Translations under genes and position numbers: made by a program | Notes under the pieces: generated by a model | What the model saw: the letters and a program-made list of their open reading frames with translations, nothing else | What the model was told of the DNA's origin: nothing | Databases searched by the model: none | Assembly: GCA_963768425.1 (NCBI GenBank) | Contig: CAVYHV010000008.1 | Coordinates: forward strand, 64,001 to 128,000 | Length of the DNA: 64,000 bases | Origin: Candidatus Bathyarchaeota archaeon | GTDB lineage: Archaea; Thermoproteota; Bathyarchaeia; Bathyarchaeales; Bathycorpusculaceae | Direction of reading: 5' to 3' | In this document: positions 20,909-31,651 of the stretch, piece after piece | Position numbering within the stretch: position 1 is the stretch's first letter | Layout: the number at the start of each line of letters is the position of its first letter

Positions 20909-21163
20909 ATGGGAAATATCAAGGAACGTGTGTTCTCAATTGAACTGAAGGCGAGAAGACACCTCAAAAACATCAGTTTAACCAACGGCTCGTTCGATTC
21001 AGTGCTAGTTGAAGGCACCTTAGGCGAGCTAGTGCAAGCCAGTTTCAAGGAAGGCGTAATTCTAGAAGTTATCGGCAAAAATGGCACTCTGAGAATAGAC
21101 CTCACGGAAGACGAAATCAGCAAAACAGCAGAACAAACAATAATCGAGGCAGAAGCACCATGA
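20909..21163 (+). CDS. hypothetical protein
   Basis: 84-aa ORF with GAGGAG RBS, overlaps the next gene. Confidence 0.7.
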   Translation: MGNIKERVFSIELKARRHLKNISLTNGSFDSVLVEGTLGELVQASFKEGVILEVIGKNGTLRIDLTEDEISKTAEQTIIEAEAP

Positions 21164-21930
21164 CTAAGACATCAGTCACCGTTGACGCGAGATGGAAAAG
21201 CCTCTATCGAATCGGCGCAATAGCTGCCTTGGTTGCCGCATTGGGTTTCCGAAGAAACATGGGTGCAGAAATGACAATGTTCTTTGGGGCAGCACCGAAA
21301 ACTGCGGCTGGCTGGTTCACGCTGCTTCAGAACAACAGTTTACTGGGGATAATTTCCCTCAACTTTTTTGACATCATTGACTACGCTCTGGTCGGCATCA
21401 TGTTTGTAGCTCTCTACGTTGCGCTCAGAAAAACCAGCCGAATTTTCGCGGCAATAGCCACCTCAATGTGTTTAACGGGAATAATTGTTTACGTTGTTTC
21501 AAGCACATCATTCAAAATGCTTTCCCTCAGCAACCAATACACCAGCGCCTCGACAGCCACGCAGAAAACAGCTTTGCTGGCAGCTGCGCAAACAGTGCTT
21601 GCAAAAGGTGTCCCTGGCGCTGGCTACCAAGGCGTAGGCGGCGTAGTCAGCATGTTTCTCATTGCTATTGCTGGCTTAGTAATATCGGTTGTAATGCTTC
21701 GGAGCAAAATCTTCTATAGAATAACGGGTTACGTGGGAATCATGGCAAGCGTCTTTGACTTGGCTTACCTCATGGGCGTCGGGTCTGTGCCATCGGCTAG
21801 TTTCAATCTGTGGTCCAGCATCTTCGTAGGCGGCGCAGGGTTACTGTTGATGATTTGGCACCTTCTTGTAGGGATAAAACTGTATAATATTGCTGGGCAA
21901 TCGAAGGTCAAAGGTGGTGATACCCAATGA
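21160..21930 (+). CDS. DUF4386-like membrane protein
   Basis: About 6 hydrophobic helices; operonic overlap. Confidence 0.6.
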   Translation: MTKTSVTVDARWKSLYRIGAIAALVAALGFRRNMGAEMTMFFGAAPKTAAGWFTLLQNNSLLGIISLNFFDIIDYALVGIMFVALYVALRKTSRIFAAIATSMCLTGIIVYVVSSTSFKMLSLSNQYTSASTATQKTALLAAAQTVLAKGVPGAGYQGVGGVVSMFLIAIAGLVISVVMLRSKIFYRITGYVGIMASVFDLAYLMGVGSVPSASFNLWSSIFVGGAGLLLMIWHLLVGIKLYNIAGQSKVKGGDTQ

Positions 21931-22481
21931 GTAAAGCACTTATTGTTTTCGGCACTCGCTACGGCGCAGCAGCCAGCACGTCAGAAGAGATCGCAAAAAT
22001 CATGCTCCAAAAAGGCTTCAAGGTCGATTTGAGAGACGCGAAAAAAGAAAAAGTCAAGAGCATAGCTGAATATGACCTCATCGTCGTCGGCAGCGGAATC
22101 CAAATTAACAGGTGGACAAGCGAACCTGAAGACTTCCTTAAGAAATTTCAGAAGCAACTTGCAACTAAGAAGGTGGCGCTCTTCGTCTGCTGCGGCTCAG
22201 CCTCTGATAAAAGTAAACCTGAACTGGCTGTAAATGCGAAACGGAAGTATCTTGAAGAAAAAGCTGCCAAATACAATCTGCAACCTGTCGCGTTGGGCTT
22301 GTTCGGAGGAATCTACAACTACAACAATATGCCTTGGTTTGCCAAAAAAGCAATGAACGCAGACAGACCCCGAGTAGAAGCCGCCTACAAAGAAACAGAA
22401 CCCGGAATCTATGACACAAGAGACCTCAACGCCATCCGAGCTTGGGCAGAAAAACTTGCCGATATTCCAAACTTCGCGTAG
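21927..22481 (+). CDS. flavodoxin-domain (HemG-like) protein
   Basis: FGTRYGAA..., YD.IVVGS.I, LFGG, DTRD...IRAWA. Confidence 0.8.
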   Translation: MSKALIVFGTRYGAAASTSEEIAKIMLQKGFKVDLRDAKKEKVKSIAEYDLIVVGSGIQINRWTSEPEDFLKKFQKQLATKKVALFVCCGSASDKSKPELAVNAKRKYLEEKAAKYNLQPVALGLFGGIYNYNNMPWFAKKAMNADRPRVEAAYKETEPGIYDTRDLNAIRAWAEKLADIPNFA

Positions 22482-22547
22482 AGACTTTTAATGGTGAAAA
22501 TCGTGAAACTCAGCGCTGGTTAGACGAGAAATGAAGTTGAACGGCCG

Positions 22548-22892
22548 CTAAGGCAGGGTTTCGCCCCATTGCCGAATTGCCTCAAAGACAGGAAGAAACG
22601 TCAAACCCTGCTCGGTTAAAGTGTACTCAACTCTGGGCGGTACCTCAGGATATACTGTCCTCGTGACAATTTTACTTTTTTCAAGGTCTCTGAGATGCTT
22701 CGTGATGGTTTTGGAGTTCACGTCGCCCATTCTTTTTTGCAGTTCGCTAAAACGCAGTGTCCCGTCCTTAAGGCTCCAGATAATGAATAGGTTCCATTTG
22801 CTGCCGATTATTCCAAGCACACGAACAAACTTCAAATGTGCTTTATTTTCAGATTCCAAGACAATCCACCTATACTTACTTATTGGAAACAA
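22548..22892 (-). CDS. HxlR-family transcriptional regulator
   Basis: IGSKW...I...L..GTLRFSEL...LRDLE...R..YPEVPPRVEY.LT. Confidence 0.92.
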   Translation of the reverse strand: MFPISKYRWIVLESENKAHLKFVRVLGIIGSKWNLFIIWSLKDGTLRFSELQKRMGDVNSKTITKHLRDLEKSKIVTRTVYPEVPPRVEYTLTEQGLTFLPVFEAIRQWGETLP

Positions 22893-22962
22893 TGTTACTA
22901 TTAGACTTCTGGCGTATTTTAATATTGCTGGTGAATAAAGTAATCATGTCTAAAGAGATAAA

Positions 22963-23655
22963 ATGGATAGTGGTGCAAAAATGAAAGTGCTAGCTATAAA
23001 CGGAAGCGGCAGAAAACATTGGAACACGGCAATTCTGCTGAATAAAGCCCTTGAAGGCGCAGCGTCGAAAGGAGCCCAGACAGAACTCATTCACCTATAC
23101 GACCTTAATTTCAAAGGATGCACAAGCTGCTATGAATGCAAGCTAAAGAATGGGGCATCATTTGGCAAATGCTCCGTTAAAGATGAATTATCAGTTGTGC
23201 TTGGCAAGATTGAAGCGGCTGACGCGCTAATCCTCGGGTCGCCTATTTATCTGGGAACGATACCTGGCGTAATGAAGTCGTTTCTGGAGCGTTTGGTGAC
23301 CCCTTACATGGGTTTAGACGCCGACGGTGACCTAGTTTCCCTCTTCCCGAGACAAATACCGACTGGGTTCATTCATACCACGGGAGGCGACGAAAACCAC
23401 CTGAAAGCTATGGGAGTTGAAAACCACATCAGAAGCAACGAAATGATGATGAAAATGGTTTTCGGATCGGTGGAATCACTCGTCGTTTCGGATACACTGC
23501 ACGTTGACGACTACTCAAAGTACGCTATGCCTTTTGACGCCGAAGAAAAAATGAAGAGGAATAAAGAAGTGTTTCCTTTGGACCGTGCGAAAGCGTTTGA
23601 AATGGGAGTTAGCCTTACCCAGGAAAAGTCGGTCCCAAAGGAGCAGGCGGTTTAG
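22963..23655 (+). CDS. iron-sulfur flavoprotein / NADPH-dependent FMN reductase family
   Basis: INGS.R..NT, CTSCYEC...C...D, GSPIY. Confidence 0.85.
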   Translation: MDSGAKMKVLAINGSGRKHWNTAILLNKALEGAASKGAQTELIHLYDLNFKGCTSCYECKLKNGASFGKCSVKDELSVVLGKIEAADALILGSPIYLGTIPGVMKSFLERLVTPYMGLDADGDLVSLFPRQIPTGFIHTTGGDENHLKAMGVENHIRSNEMMMKMVFGSVESLVVSDTLHVDDYSKYAMPFDAEEKMKRNKEVFPLDRAKAFEMGVSLTQEKSVPKEQAV

Positions 23656-24513
23656 GTGAGCGTTGACATTTACTATTTCTCAGGCACAGGCAATTCACTG
23701 GTAGTCGCCAGAGATATTTCACAAAAAACTAATGGAAAACTGGTATCCATGCCTTCGGTCATGAGTAAAGACAGAATTGAAACCGATGCCCAGGTGATCG
23801 GAGTTGTTTTTCCAATTCAGGGAATGTTCCGCGTTCCGTCTATAGTCGAGAGATTTGTTGGGAAACTGGATGGCGTTAGTTCAAAGTACATTTTTGCGGT
23901 CACCACATTCGGAAGCATGCCGGTCTGGGTAATCAAAAGATTTCGCAAAGTGGTCGAATCTTGTGGCGGCAAGCTTTCAGCAGGTTTCGCAGTACACATG
24001 CCAATGAACAACATCACTCTTCCCTCATTCACGTACAGCGGAGAAGTTGGAAGTAAAGAACAGAAGTTATTTGCAGACTGCCGCGGCAAAGTCAATTTTA
24101 TTTGTGAATACGTAAACGCCCGAAAGGAAGGCAAATTTGAAGCATCCAACAGGCTGTTCCTTTCCCTGTTTTATCCTGTTGACAGAATATATGGGCGATG
24201 GCGAATCGAAAGCAAATACAATAAACTTAAAAACTCACATCTCACCCAAGACGAGCTTTTTCCTCTGATGGATGTCAGCTTCCACTCTGATGAGAAATGC
24301 GATGGCTGCGCAATTTGCTCAAGAATCTGCCCTGTTGGCAACATAAAAATGGTTGTTGGTCAGCCCGTTTGGCAGCATCACTGTGAACGGTGCATGGCAT
24401 GCTTGCAGTGGTGTCCGAAGGAAGCTATAGAATTTGACCATGATTCGATTGGCAGAAAAAGGTATCATCACCCAGATGTGAAGCTTTCAGACATGTTGAC
24501 GGTTAAGAACTAA
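23656..24513 (+). CDS. EFR1-family flavodoxin-ferredoxin
   Basis: YFSGTGNS plus two CxxCxxCxxxCP motifs and RYHHP. Confidence 0.88.
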   Translation: MSVDIYYFSGTGNSLVVARDISQKTNGKLVSMPSVMSKDRIETDAQVIGVVFPIQGMFRVPSIVERFVGKLDGVSSKYIFAVTTFGSMPVWVIKRFRKVVESCGGKLSAGFAVHMPMNNITLPSFTYSGEVGSKEQKLFADCRGKVNFICEYVNARKEGKFEASNRLFLSLFYPVDRIYGRWRIESKYNKLKNSHLTQDELFPLMDVSFHSDEKCDGCAICSRICPVGNIKMVVGQPVWQHHCERCMACLQWCPKEAIEFDHDSIGRKRYHHPDVKLSDMLTVKN

Positions 24514-24675
24514 CAATACAAATCGAGAAAAGCACAATTAAAGAATAAGTGCTATGAGCGAGAGAATGGATAATATTTCTGGCGAAAGAGTTAATATTCA
24601 CATATTTCCTCGAATTTGACTTTAAAAGGCGCTAATTGTGTTAAACAAGTTTCATTTTTCGATTAAGTAAAAGGT

Positions 24676-24717
24676 TGGCGTCCCGCTGGGATGCGTTTAA
24701 ACTATTAAGCGGATCCT
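24676..24717 (-). repeat. tRNA-3'-end + palindrome repeat, copy A (att-like)
   Basis: tggcgtcccgctgggatgcgtttaaactattaagcggatcct. Confidence 0.8.
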
Positions 24718-24956
24718 GAAGGAATAGCGGACTGAAACCTTTTCTGACATGAACAAAGTGAGCCGAACCGGGAACTTACTCCAAAGGGTTCAGAACCTTA
24801 ATAATATGTCAGAAACGCCAAAGGTTCCTTTAAGTGCTGACTGATACCTACATTTGGTTAGAAACTCAACTGGTTACTTTCGTTGTTAATTCGGAATGCA
24901 ACCACACCATTTTTATTTCACTTAGGAAAGTAGCCTATCGTTGAGGATGCTGATTT

Positions 24957-27792
24957 ATGACTACACAAAATAATCCTAATTATGCGGCGGAACCAAAAAC
25001 CATCAAAATACCTCCAGTTTACTTATATCTCTTCTCTGAAGGGGATGGAAAAAACAAGAAACTTTTAGGAGGTAAAGGCGCCGGTCTTTGCGAGATGACC
25101 CAGATTGGTTTACCGGTTCCCCCAGGGTTCGTGATAACAACCCAAGCTTGCCTCGAGTATTTTGATGGCGGCTTCAAGCTGCCGAAGGGACTTGCGGACC
25201 AAGTTAGGCAGGCGATGTCTCAGCTGGAGAAATCCATGAAACTGGGCTTTGGTGATTCTGAGAAGCCGCTTCTGGTTTCCGTCAGAAGTGGCGCGGCAAT
25301 TTCAATGCCCGGCATGATGGATACGGTCCTCAATTTGGGACTCAACGACGAGACCGTCCTCGGACTAATCAAGAGAAGCGGAGATGAACGCTTCGGCTGG
25401 GATTCGTACCGCCGATTTATCTCGCTTTTTGGCGAGATCGTGCTGAAAATTAACAGTGACCTTTTCCACAATGCGATGGAAGCCCTGAAGAAGGAAAGGA
25501 ATGCGGCATATGACATGACCCTTTCTTCGTTCGACCTTCAGGGGCATGTTGAAACTTTCAAGCGTATAATTGAGGATAACGTTGGCAAACCTATCCCGAA
25601 TGACCCATATGAGCAGCTATTTATGGCTATAGAAGCGGTGTTTGCCTCTTGGAATGGAAAGAGAGCTGTAGATTATAGGCGTGAATTCAAAATCACACCT
25701 GAGATTGCTAATGGCACTGCGGTGAACGTACAGGCGATGGTTTTTGGCAACGTTGGTGAGCATTCTGCGACTGGAGTAGTTTTCACGAGGAATCCTAGCA
25801 CCGGCGAAAACGTGCTTTTTGGAGATTACTTAGAGCGGGCGCAGGGTGAGGACATTGTGGCCGGTATTCGAACTCCAAAGCCCATCCTTGAGATGAAACA
25901 GGCCATGCCCGAAGTTCATCGGGAATTGTTGAAGGTTCGGGAGACGCTTGAGACGCATTTTCGGGAAATTCAGGATATGGAGTTCACGGTGGAGAATGGG
26001 AAGCTGTTCATGCTTCAGACCCGTTCTGCAAAAATGAACATTGCAGCTGGGATGAAGACCTCGGTTGACTTGGTTAATGAAGGCTTGATTACGAAGGAAC
26101 AAGCACTGACGAGGCTTGATGCAGCCCAGCTTACTCAACTGATGTATAGCCAAATAGACCCGGAAAACAAAACTCCGCCCGTTACGGTTGGGTTGGGGGT
26201 TTCGCCCGGCGCCGCTTCTGGCGAAGTAGTGTTTGACGCAGATGAGGCTGAGCGGCAGAGCAAGACGCACGGCAAAAAAATTATCCTGCTCAGAGAGCAA
26301 ACTAAGCCTGAGGATATTCACGGTTTTTTCGCGGCGCAGGGCATCCTGACCACTGTTGGTGGGAAGACGAGTCACGCCGCCGTCGTTGCTAGGGGTATGG
26401 GTAAGCCATGCGTAACCGGAGCAGGGGGCATCAAGATTAATGCCGTAGACGAAGAGCGCGACGATTGGCGACCACAAAATCATTCAGGGTGATGTTATCA
26501 CGATAGATGGCACTTCTGGCAAGGTTTGGCTGGGTGAGGTTTCGATGGTGGAGCCAGAATTCTCAAAGGATATGAACACCATCCTGAAGTGGGCAGATGA
26601 GTTCCGCAGATTGGGAGTGCGAACGAACGTGGATACTCCGTCTGACGCGGCGAAGGCGCTTAGGTTCGGGGCGGAAGGAATTGGTTTGTGCCGCACGGAA
26701 AGGATGTTCAACGCTGCCGACCGAATCGGGATATTCCAGGAGATGATTTTGGCTGATTCGCCCGAGGATAGGGCTGCTACCCTGCGGAGGCTTCAGCCTT
26801 TGCAGAAGGAAGATTTCAAGGCCATGTTGAGGGTGATGCAGGGTTTCCCGGTCACAATACGGCTTCTTGATCCGCCGCTCCACGAGTTTCTGCCGTCGGA
26901 AGAGGAGATCCAGCGGCAAATCGACGTGTTGCAGAAGAGCAAGGTTGCTCTGGATAATGTTTGTAGGTTGCCAGAGATTCTTCGAACTTTAGACCCGCAG
27001 CTTGAACCATTCCTCACCGGGGATCAGCAAATGCTGAACAGTCTGGCGCGGCTTCAGAAGTCCGAGCTTGACAAGAAGCTGGAAACTCTCCAGAAGATAC
27101 GCGTCTTGAAAGAAGTTAATCCGATGCTGGGTCACCGCGGCGTAAGATTAGGAATTACTTACCCTGAAATCTATGAGACCCAAGTGGAAGCCATTCTTGA
27201 AGCGGCTGCAGAGCTTATCAAGGAAAAGGTTGCGGTTAAAGTGGAAATCATGGTTCCGAACGTCTGCACTGCAGAGGAACTGAAGCGGGTGGAGGAACTC
27301 ATCAAACGCGTCGAGCAGCAAGTCACTGAAAAAACTGGCGTAATCGTTCCGTACAAGTTTGGCTCAATGATTGAAGTCGTTAGGGCTTGCATGCGTGCCG
27401 GGAAACTGGCTGAGATGGCGGAGTTTTTCAGTTTTGGGACTAACGACCTGACTCAGGCAACGTTCAGCTTTTCGAGGGAAGATGCAGAGAACAAGTTCCT
27501 TCCGCTTTACAATCAGTTGAAGATTTTGCAGGATAACCCCTTTGAAATTCTGGACGTTAAGGGTGTTGGGCGACTGATGTCTATAACTGTGGAGTGGGGG
27601 CGAAAGAGCCGGCCCAATTTGGAGATAGGGATATGTGGCGAGCAAGGCGGTGAACCTTCTTCTATAGAATTTTGCCATGCTATAGGCTTGGATTACGTCA
27701 GTTGCTCACCCTATAGAATTTCTATTGCAAGGTTAGCTGCGGCGCAAGCCGCCATTAAGGAGAAAAAGGGCGAGCTAAAACAGTTTAAATAA
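24957..27792 (+). CDS. ppdK: pyruvate phosphate dikinase, frameshifted near 26460
   Basis: LLGGKGA, VSVRSGA..SMPGMMDT, GG.TSHAAVVAR phospho-His, GIGLCRTE, SFGTNDLTQ, GICGE. Confidence 0.97.
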
Positions 27793-27876
27793 CACTCCTG
27801 ACAAGAATTATTTCTCCATTTCTTGCTTCAATATTTTAGTTAGCGTAAGATTTCTTGGAAAAATGATTGAATCCAA

Positions 27877-27919
27877 TGGCGGGCCCGCTGGGATGCGCTT
27901 AAATAATTAAGCGAATCCT
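27877..27919 (-). repeat. tRNA-3'-end + palindrome repeat, copy B (att-like)
   Basis: tggcgggcccgctgggatgcgcttaaataattaagcgaatcct; reverse strand ends ATCCCAGCGGGCCCGCCA. Confidence 0.85.
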
Positions 27920-28677
27920 CAACGCACTTAATTTTGAGTTGCCTCAGGTGCACCTTGGTCACCAACCCAAATTGAAAATCTGCCACATATCGGTTTTTCT
28001 ATTCGGTTAGCTTGCGCCGTATTAGTGTGAATTGCCGTCATTTATGACAAGTCGGGTTCTTGTTGGCATCTGGACAAACCTCAGCGGTTTGCTGTGTGTC
28101 CTCTTTAGTAATCTCCAAAGCATCGTCTCAGGACATATTACATTTCTGTTACTTGGGAGGCGCCCTAGCCGTTCGGATTACTTAGAACTAAATCAGGCTC
28201 AACATCGGGATTGCTTCAGAAACTGGCTCCCCAAACTTTCGCTAAATGATGAGCCACATATTCAGCCGCGTCCAGACAAACAGACTCTCCCTAACCTTAT
28301 CAAGGAAAGCTTGTTCTCGACAAACCGATAAGAATCTTTCAACTGATCAATAGTTTCTTGAGTTTTAGGTTTTCTTCTGCAGTGTTTATGTGTCATACTA
28401 ACAAGCCGCACTCCCAACTTTTGGATGAAGAGGGCGAAGAATGAAACAAAGTGGAGCTATCGCTAGCCGCCTAATATCGAACGCAGTAAATATAGCCACT
28501 TTCTTAAAAAAATTATTTGTTACGTCTTTTATCCCATGCAGGCGCGATTCATCAGAAGCATGTAAGTATTTTAATTGATGTCTAAACAGATGTGTTTCGA
28601 CAACTTTTTGATCAATTTTCATTAACGATCTAGTTTAAAAGACCCTTCTAACTACTGCATTATTAAGCGATGTTTTT

Positions 28678-29085
28678 ATGAGTAAAAAATTTAAAACTGT
28701 AAAGCAAAAAGTGATTATTAATGCCTCTCCCCAAGAAGTTTATGACGCCTATATTGACCCGAAAAAACGCAGCGAATTCACAGGATACAAAGCTACGGGT
28801 AAACCAGTGGTCGACGGCAAATTCACGGGTATTGACGGGCACATTTATGGGAAACTCCTTGAGCTTGAGGATGGAAAACGCTTAGTTCTAGAATGGACTT
28901 CTACCGATTATGATTATGGTCCTTCAAAGTTAGAGTTATGTTTCAACAAAGTGCCTGCAGGAACAGAGCTTGATATAGTAATTTCGGATGTTCCAGAAGA
29001 CCAAGCAGATGAAGACGCCGATGCCTGGACACAGTATTGGTGGGACCCACTGAAAAAGTACTTCAGCGATAAATCCAAAGCCTAA
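28678..29085 (+). CDS. SRPBCC/AHSA1-domain protein
   Basis: ASPQEVYDAY.D....FTG...G.F...W..YWW.PLK. Confidence 0.85.
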   Translation: MSKKFKTVKQKVIINASPQEVYDAYIDPKKRSEFTGYKATGKPVVDGKFTGIDGHIYGKLLELEDGKRLVLEWTSTDYDYGPSKLELCFNKVPAGTELDIVISDVPEDQADEDADAWTQYWWDPLKKYFSDKSKA

Positions 29086-29408
29086 TTGACCAGTCAGTTA
29101 AGCCGAATTAGGCAACCCGCATTTCTTGTTCTCTATGTATCTATCTTTGGCTATGATTAAGAAGATCGTGGCTGGAACAGCAAGCAACAATATCAGCGAT
29201 ATAAAAATGGCCCATTGCATTGTTGAATTGAGACAAAAAATGATACTGATTGTTACGGTCCAATAACTTCCCCAACATCAATTTTGATATTCTTTCCTTG
29301 CAAATTAAGAAGGAAGGATAACAGGAGTTTGAGTGTACCGCTGCTAAACGCTTATTTCCATTTTCACACGGCACATTCGATTCCCATCAAACAACCTCTT
29401 GATTGCAA

Positions 29409-29926
29409 TTAGCGCATCACGACTCCAAGATCATTTGCAGGCTTCACCCCAAATTTCTATAGCAAAGGATGTGAGCGCCCAATGCCAACCACTCTGCTCT
29501 GCAACGTACTCCCAAATTCCTTATCTAAGCGTTTATTCCTTCTCAGGATGCGGCGACTAACTTGGTGACGAGTAACCTTGAACTTCACAAGCTTTAAAGC
29601 TAAATCTTTCGGTAACAAGCCAGGCGAACCTTACTCAAAGAGCAAGCATAATTTCTCGGTCAACCTTATCGTCACAGGATATGCGCTCAATAATTGATTG
29701 GTCAAAACTGAAAGAGACCTTCAAGCCAGCAAAGATAGTACGGAGCATAGCTTGACCTCTTCAACCTCGAGCTAAGGTTTGTTTAAGAAGCTGCTGATTA
29801 TACTTCAAACGCCCAATCTTATTGCTCTGATTACGCTTCTTTTGGAGTTTTTAAACGTTATTTTGACACAAACTGCAACGGTTTCAGCCGCAGTCTGCCC
29901 AGCAATGGTTTTTCAGAGACAGCCAT
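29409..29926 (-). pseudogene. degraded HTH DNA-binding gene of a mobile element
   Basis: Broken frames give KIGRLKYNQQLL...CDDKVDREI...GLLPKDLA...TRHQVSRRI...NKRL...VAEQ.GWHWALTSF. Confidence 0.55.
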
Positions 29927-29938
29927 CCGTTTTCTAAA

Positions 29939-29981
29939 TTGCAGGTCTAGTGGGATTCGCTTAAACTATTAAGCAAATCCT
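29939..29981 (-). repeat. tRNA-3'-end + palindrome repeat, copy C (degenerate tRNA part)
   Basis: ttgcaggtctagtgggattcgcttaaactattaagcaaatcct, 45 bp from the tRNA 3' end. Confidence 0.75.
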
Positions 29982-30026
29982 AAACCAAAAGTAAACAAAA
30001 GCCCAACTTTAACATTACAAAGATAA

Positions 30027-30103
30027 CGGGCTCGCTGGGATTTGAACCCAGGATTCTCGGCTCCGGAGGCCTGATGCCTTAATCCGTGCTAGACTACGAG
30101 CCC
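30027..30103 (-). tRNA. tRNA-Arg(CCG)
   Basis: GGGCTCG/CGAGCCC acceptor stem, anticodon loop CTCCGGA, GGGTTCAAATCCC T-arm; one apparent extra base in the anticodon stem; no encoded CCA. Confidence 0.9.
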
Positions 30104-30147
30104 ACACTTCATCAAACCAAACAATCCAGTAAATTTAAAGTAGCCGT

Positions 30148-30669
30148 TTATTCCTGGATTAATTCTTCGTCTATCCACCATGCCTTCTTCTTGCCTGACC
30201 GTTCCCCACCGTAATACTCAATGACGGATTTGCCAGCCTGTTTCCTTGAGGTTTTTTGGATTCTCCTTAGCCTGTTCAGTACTAGCCACCTGTTGGTTTT
30301 AAGGTACTCCGCCAACTCCGGTGTGGTTGCGCTCTTGTAATGCGTCAAGTACTCCATGATCTTGTGGTCGACCTCGTCCAGGCAAAAGCTGTGCGGGTTG
30401 GTTTTTCCATGCTGAAAAGTAAGAAGCTCTAAATCGGCAAGGTACTTTCTTATTTCGCCCAGCTCCCCTTCGATTTTGCCCATCCGCTCTTCCAAAGCCA
30501 AAACCTTGTCGGCCTTAGGCGTTTTCTCGAGTTTTTCGCTTATAGCTTCTCTGATAAAGTTGCTCCTGTCTCCTTCTGGAATACGCAGAGCCATCTCTTG
30601 GTAGACCGCTTCTGGTAATTTCACTGAAATTGTCTTTACTTGACTCAATTTAGCGCTCCCCTTTGGCAT
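30148..30669 (-). CDS. RHH + coiled-coil + wHTH DNA-binding protein
   Basis: TISVKLP...RSNFIREAI; DEVD.KI...TPELAEYL...LVLNRL. Confidence 0.75.
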   Translation of the reverse strand: MPKGSAKLSQVKTISVKLPEAVYQEMALRIPEGDRSNFIREAISEKLEKTPKADKVLALEERMGKIEGELGEIRKYLADLELLTFQHGKTNPHSFCLDEVDHKIMEYLTHYKSATTPELAEYLKTNRWLVLNRLRRIQKTSRKQAGKSVIEYYGGERSGKKKAWWIDEELIQE

Positions 30670-30919
30670 GTCATATCGACACTTACGTATTTCATTTTTT
30701 CCATAGTCAGCCCACTCGTTTACGAAAAATTAGATCCGTTGTATACCCCGCTCTCAATCGCAAGGCATGAAGCGGTTCGTAACGGCATTATGTTGAGGAG
30801 GATGGGTGAGTTTTAACCTGCAAGCTTAGCCGCTGAAGACATAGAGTACACTTCAATTCAGCAGATACTGTAGAAACTGGAGAAACGCTTAACGCCGGTA
30901 GAGAAAACCTAAGTTAAAG

Positions 30920-31483
30920 TTACTCTAGACAGATGGGTTGACCTACCAACTTAGCTAGCTCTATGTATCGTTGCTCAACCGTTTCGTGGATTTGGCTCCG
31001 AAGGTCTTCTGCTCCCAAGTTTTTCTCTTTCAACGCTGCCACTTTTTTGGCTAGGTCCGCATCGCCCATCCCAATGAACCAGGCTTCGAAGTCGCCGCGG
31101 TTCATGTGAAACAGTACGGACTCGGAATCCGCTTTTTCAACTTTGATTGCGAAATCCCGGATGCCGTGCGCATGTAAATTGAGAGGTCTCCCCACGCCGG
31201 CGAAGAAGTGGAACGCTTTGTCATGCGGCGCATAAGATAAAATCGCCTCAGCTTTTTCCTTGCTTAAATCGGGCATCTGGAGCGCTTCTTTTCCTTTGTT
31301 AGTTATGGCGTACAGCCCTTTTTCAGGAGTGCTCACGTACCCCATTCGTACGAGCCCCAAAATATGCATCATTGTAGGCTTGAAGTCTTTGCCGCTTTCC
31401 TTCGCCACATCCGTAGCCTTCACTGGTTTGTCGATCCGCAACAGGGTTTCCAGTATTTCTTTCTTGATAGGGGATAAACTCAT
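30920..31483 (-). CDS. winged-helix + DUF5752-like domain protein
   Basis: N-terminal wHTH (GLYAIT.KG); FHF..G.G...A....F.......S..FH..RGDFEAW. Confidence 0.75.
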   Translation of the reverse strand: MSLSPIKKEILETLLRIDKPVKATDVAKESGKDFKPTMMHILGLVRMGYVSTPEKGLYAITNKGKEALQMPDLSKEKAEAILSYAPHDKAFHFFAGVGRPLNLHAHGIRDFAIKVEKADSESVLFHMNRGDFEAWFIGMGDADLAKKVAALKEKNLGAEDLRSQIHETVEQRYIELAKLVGQPICLE

Positions 31484-31651
31484 TTAAAGGCACCTTGCCA
31501 ATTAGGCTATGTGCAGCTTCCTAATCAAACTTTTCCCCTACAGCTGCTTCGAAGCTTTCTTTTTCGATGTTCCGCTCTTTGCCAACAGCGAGTTAAGCAA
31601 AGCTTTAGTATCAAGATTCCCATCCTAATGGTGAACTGGTGAAAGTTTAGG

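Noticed and set aside
28030-28622. Short ORFs and possible gene relics between repeat B and the SRPBCC gene
   Set aside because: No recognisable motifs; probably decayed island DNA
24676-29981. Repeats as split-tRNA halves or intron-containing tRNAs
   Set aside because: No D or anticodon arms upstream, no bulge-helix-bulge motif, and copies A and C are degenerate in the acceptor stem
30700-30900. Possible structured RNA (CCGTT/AACGG and CCGCT/AGCGG pairing)
   Set aside because: Short stems only and no recognisable family; cannot be supported without covariation data
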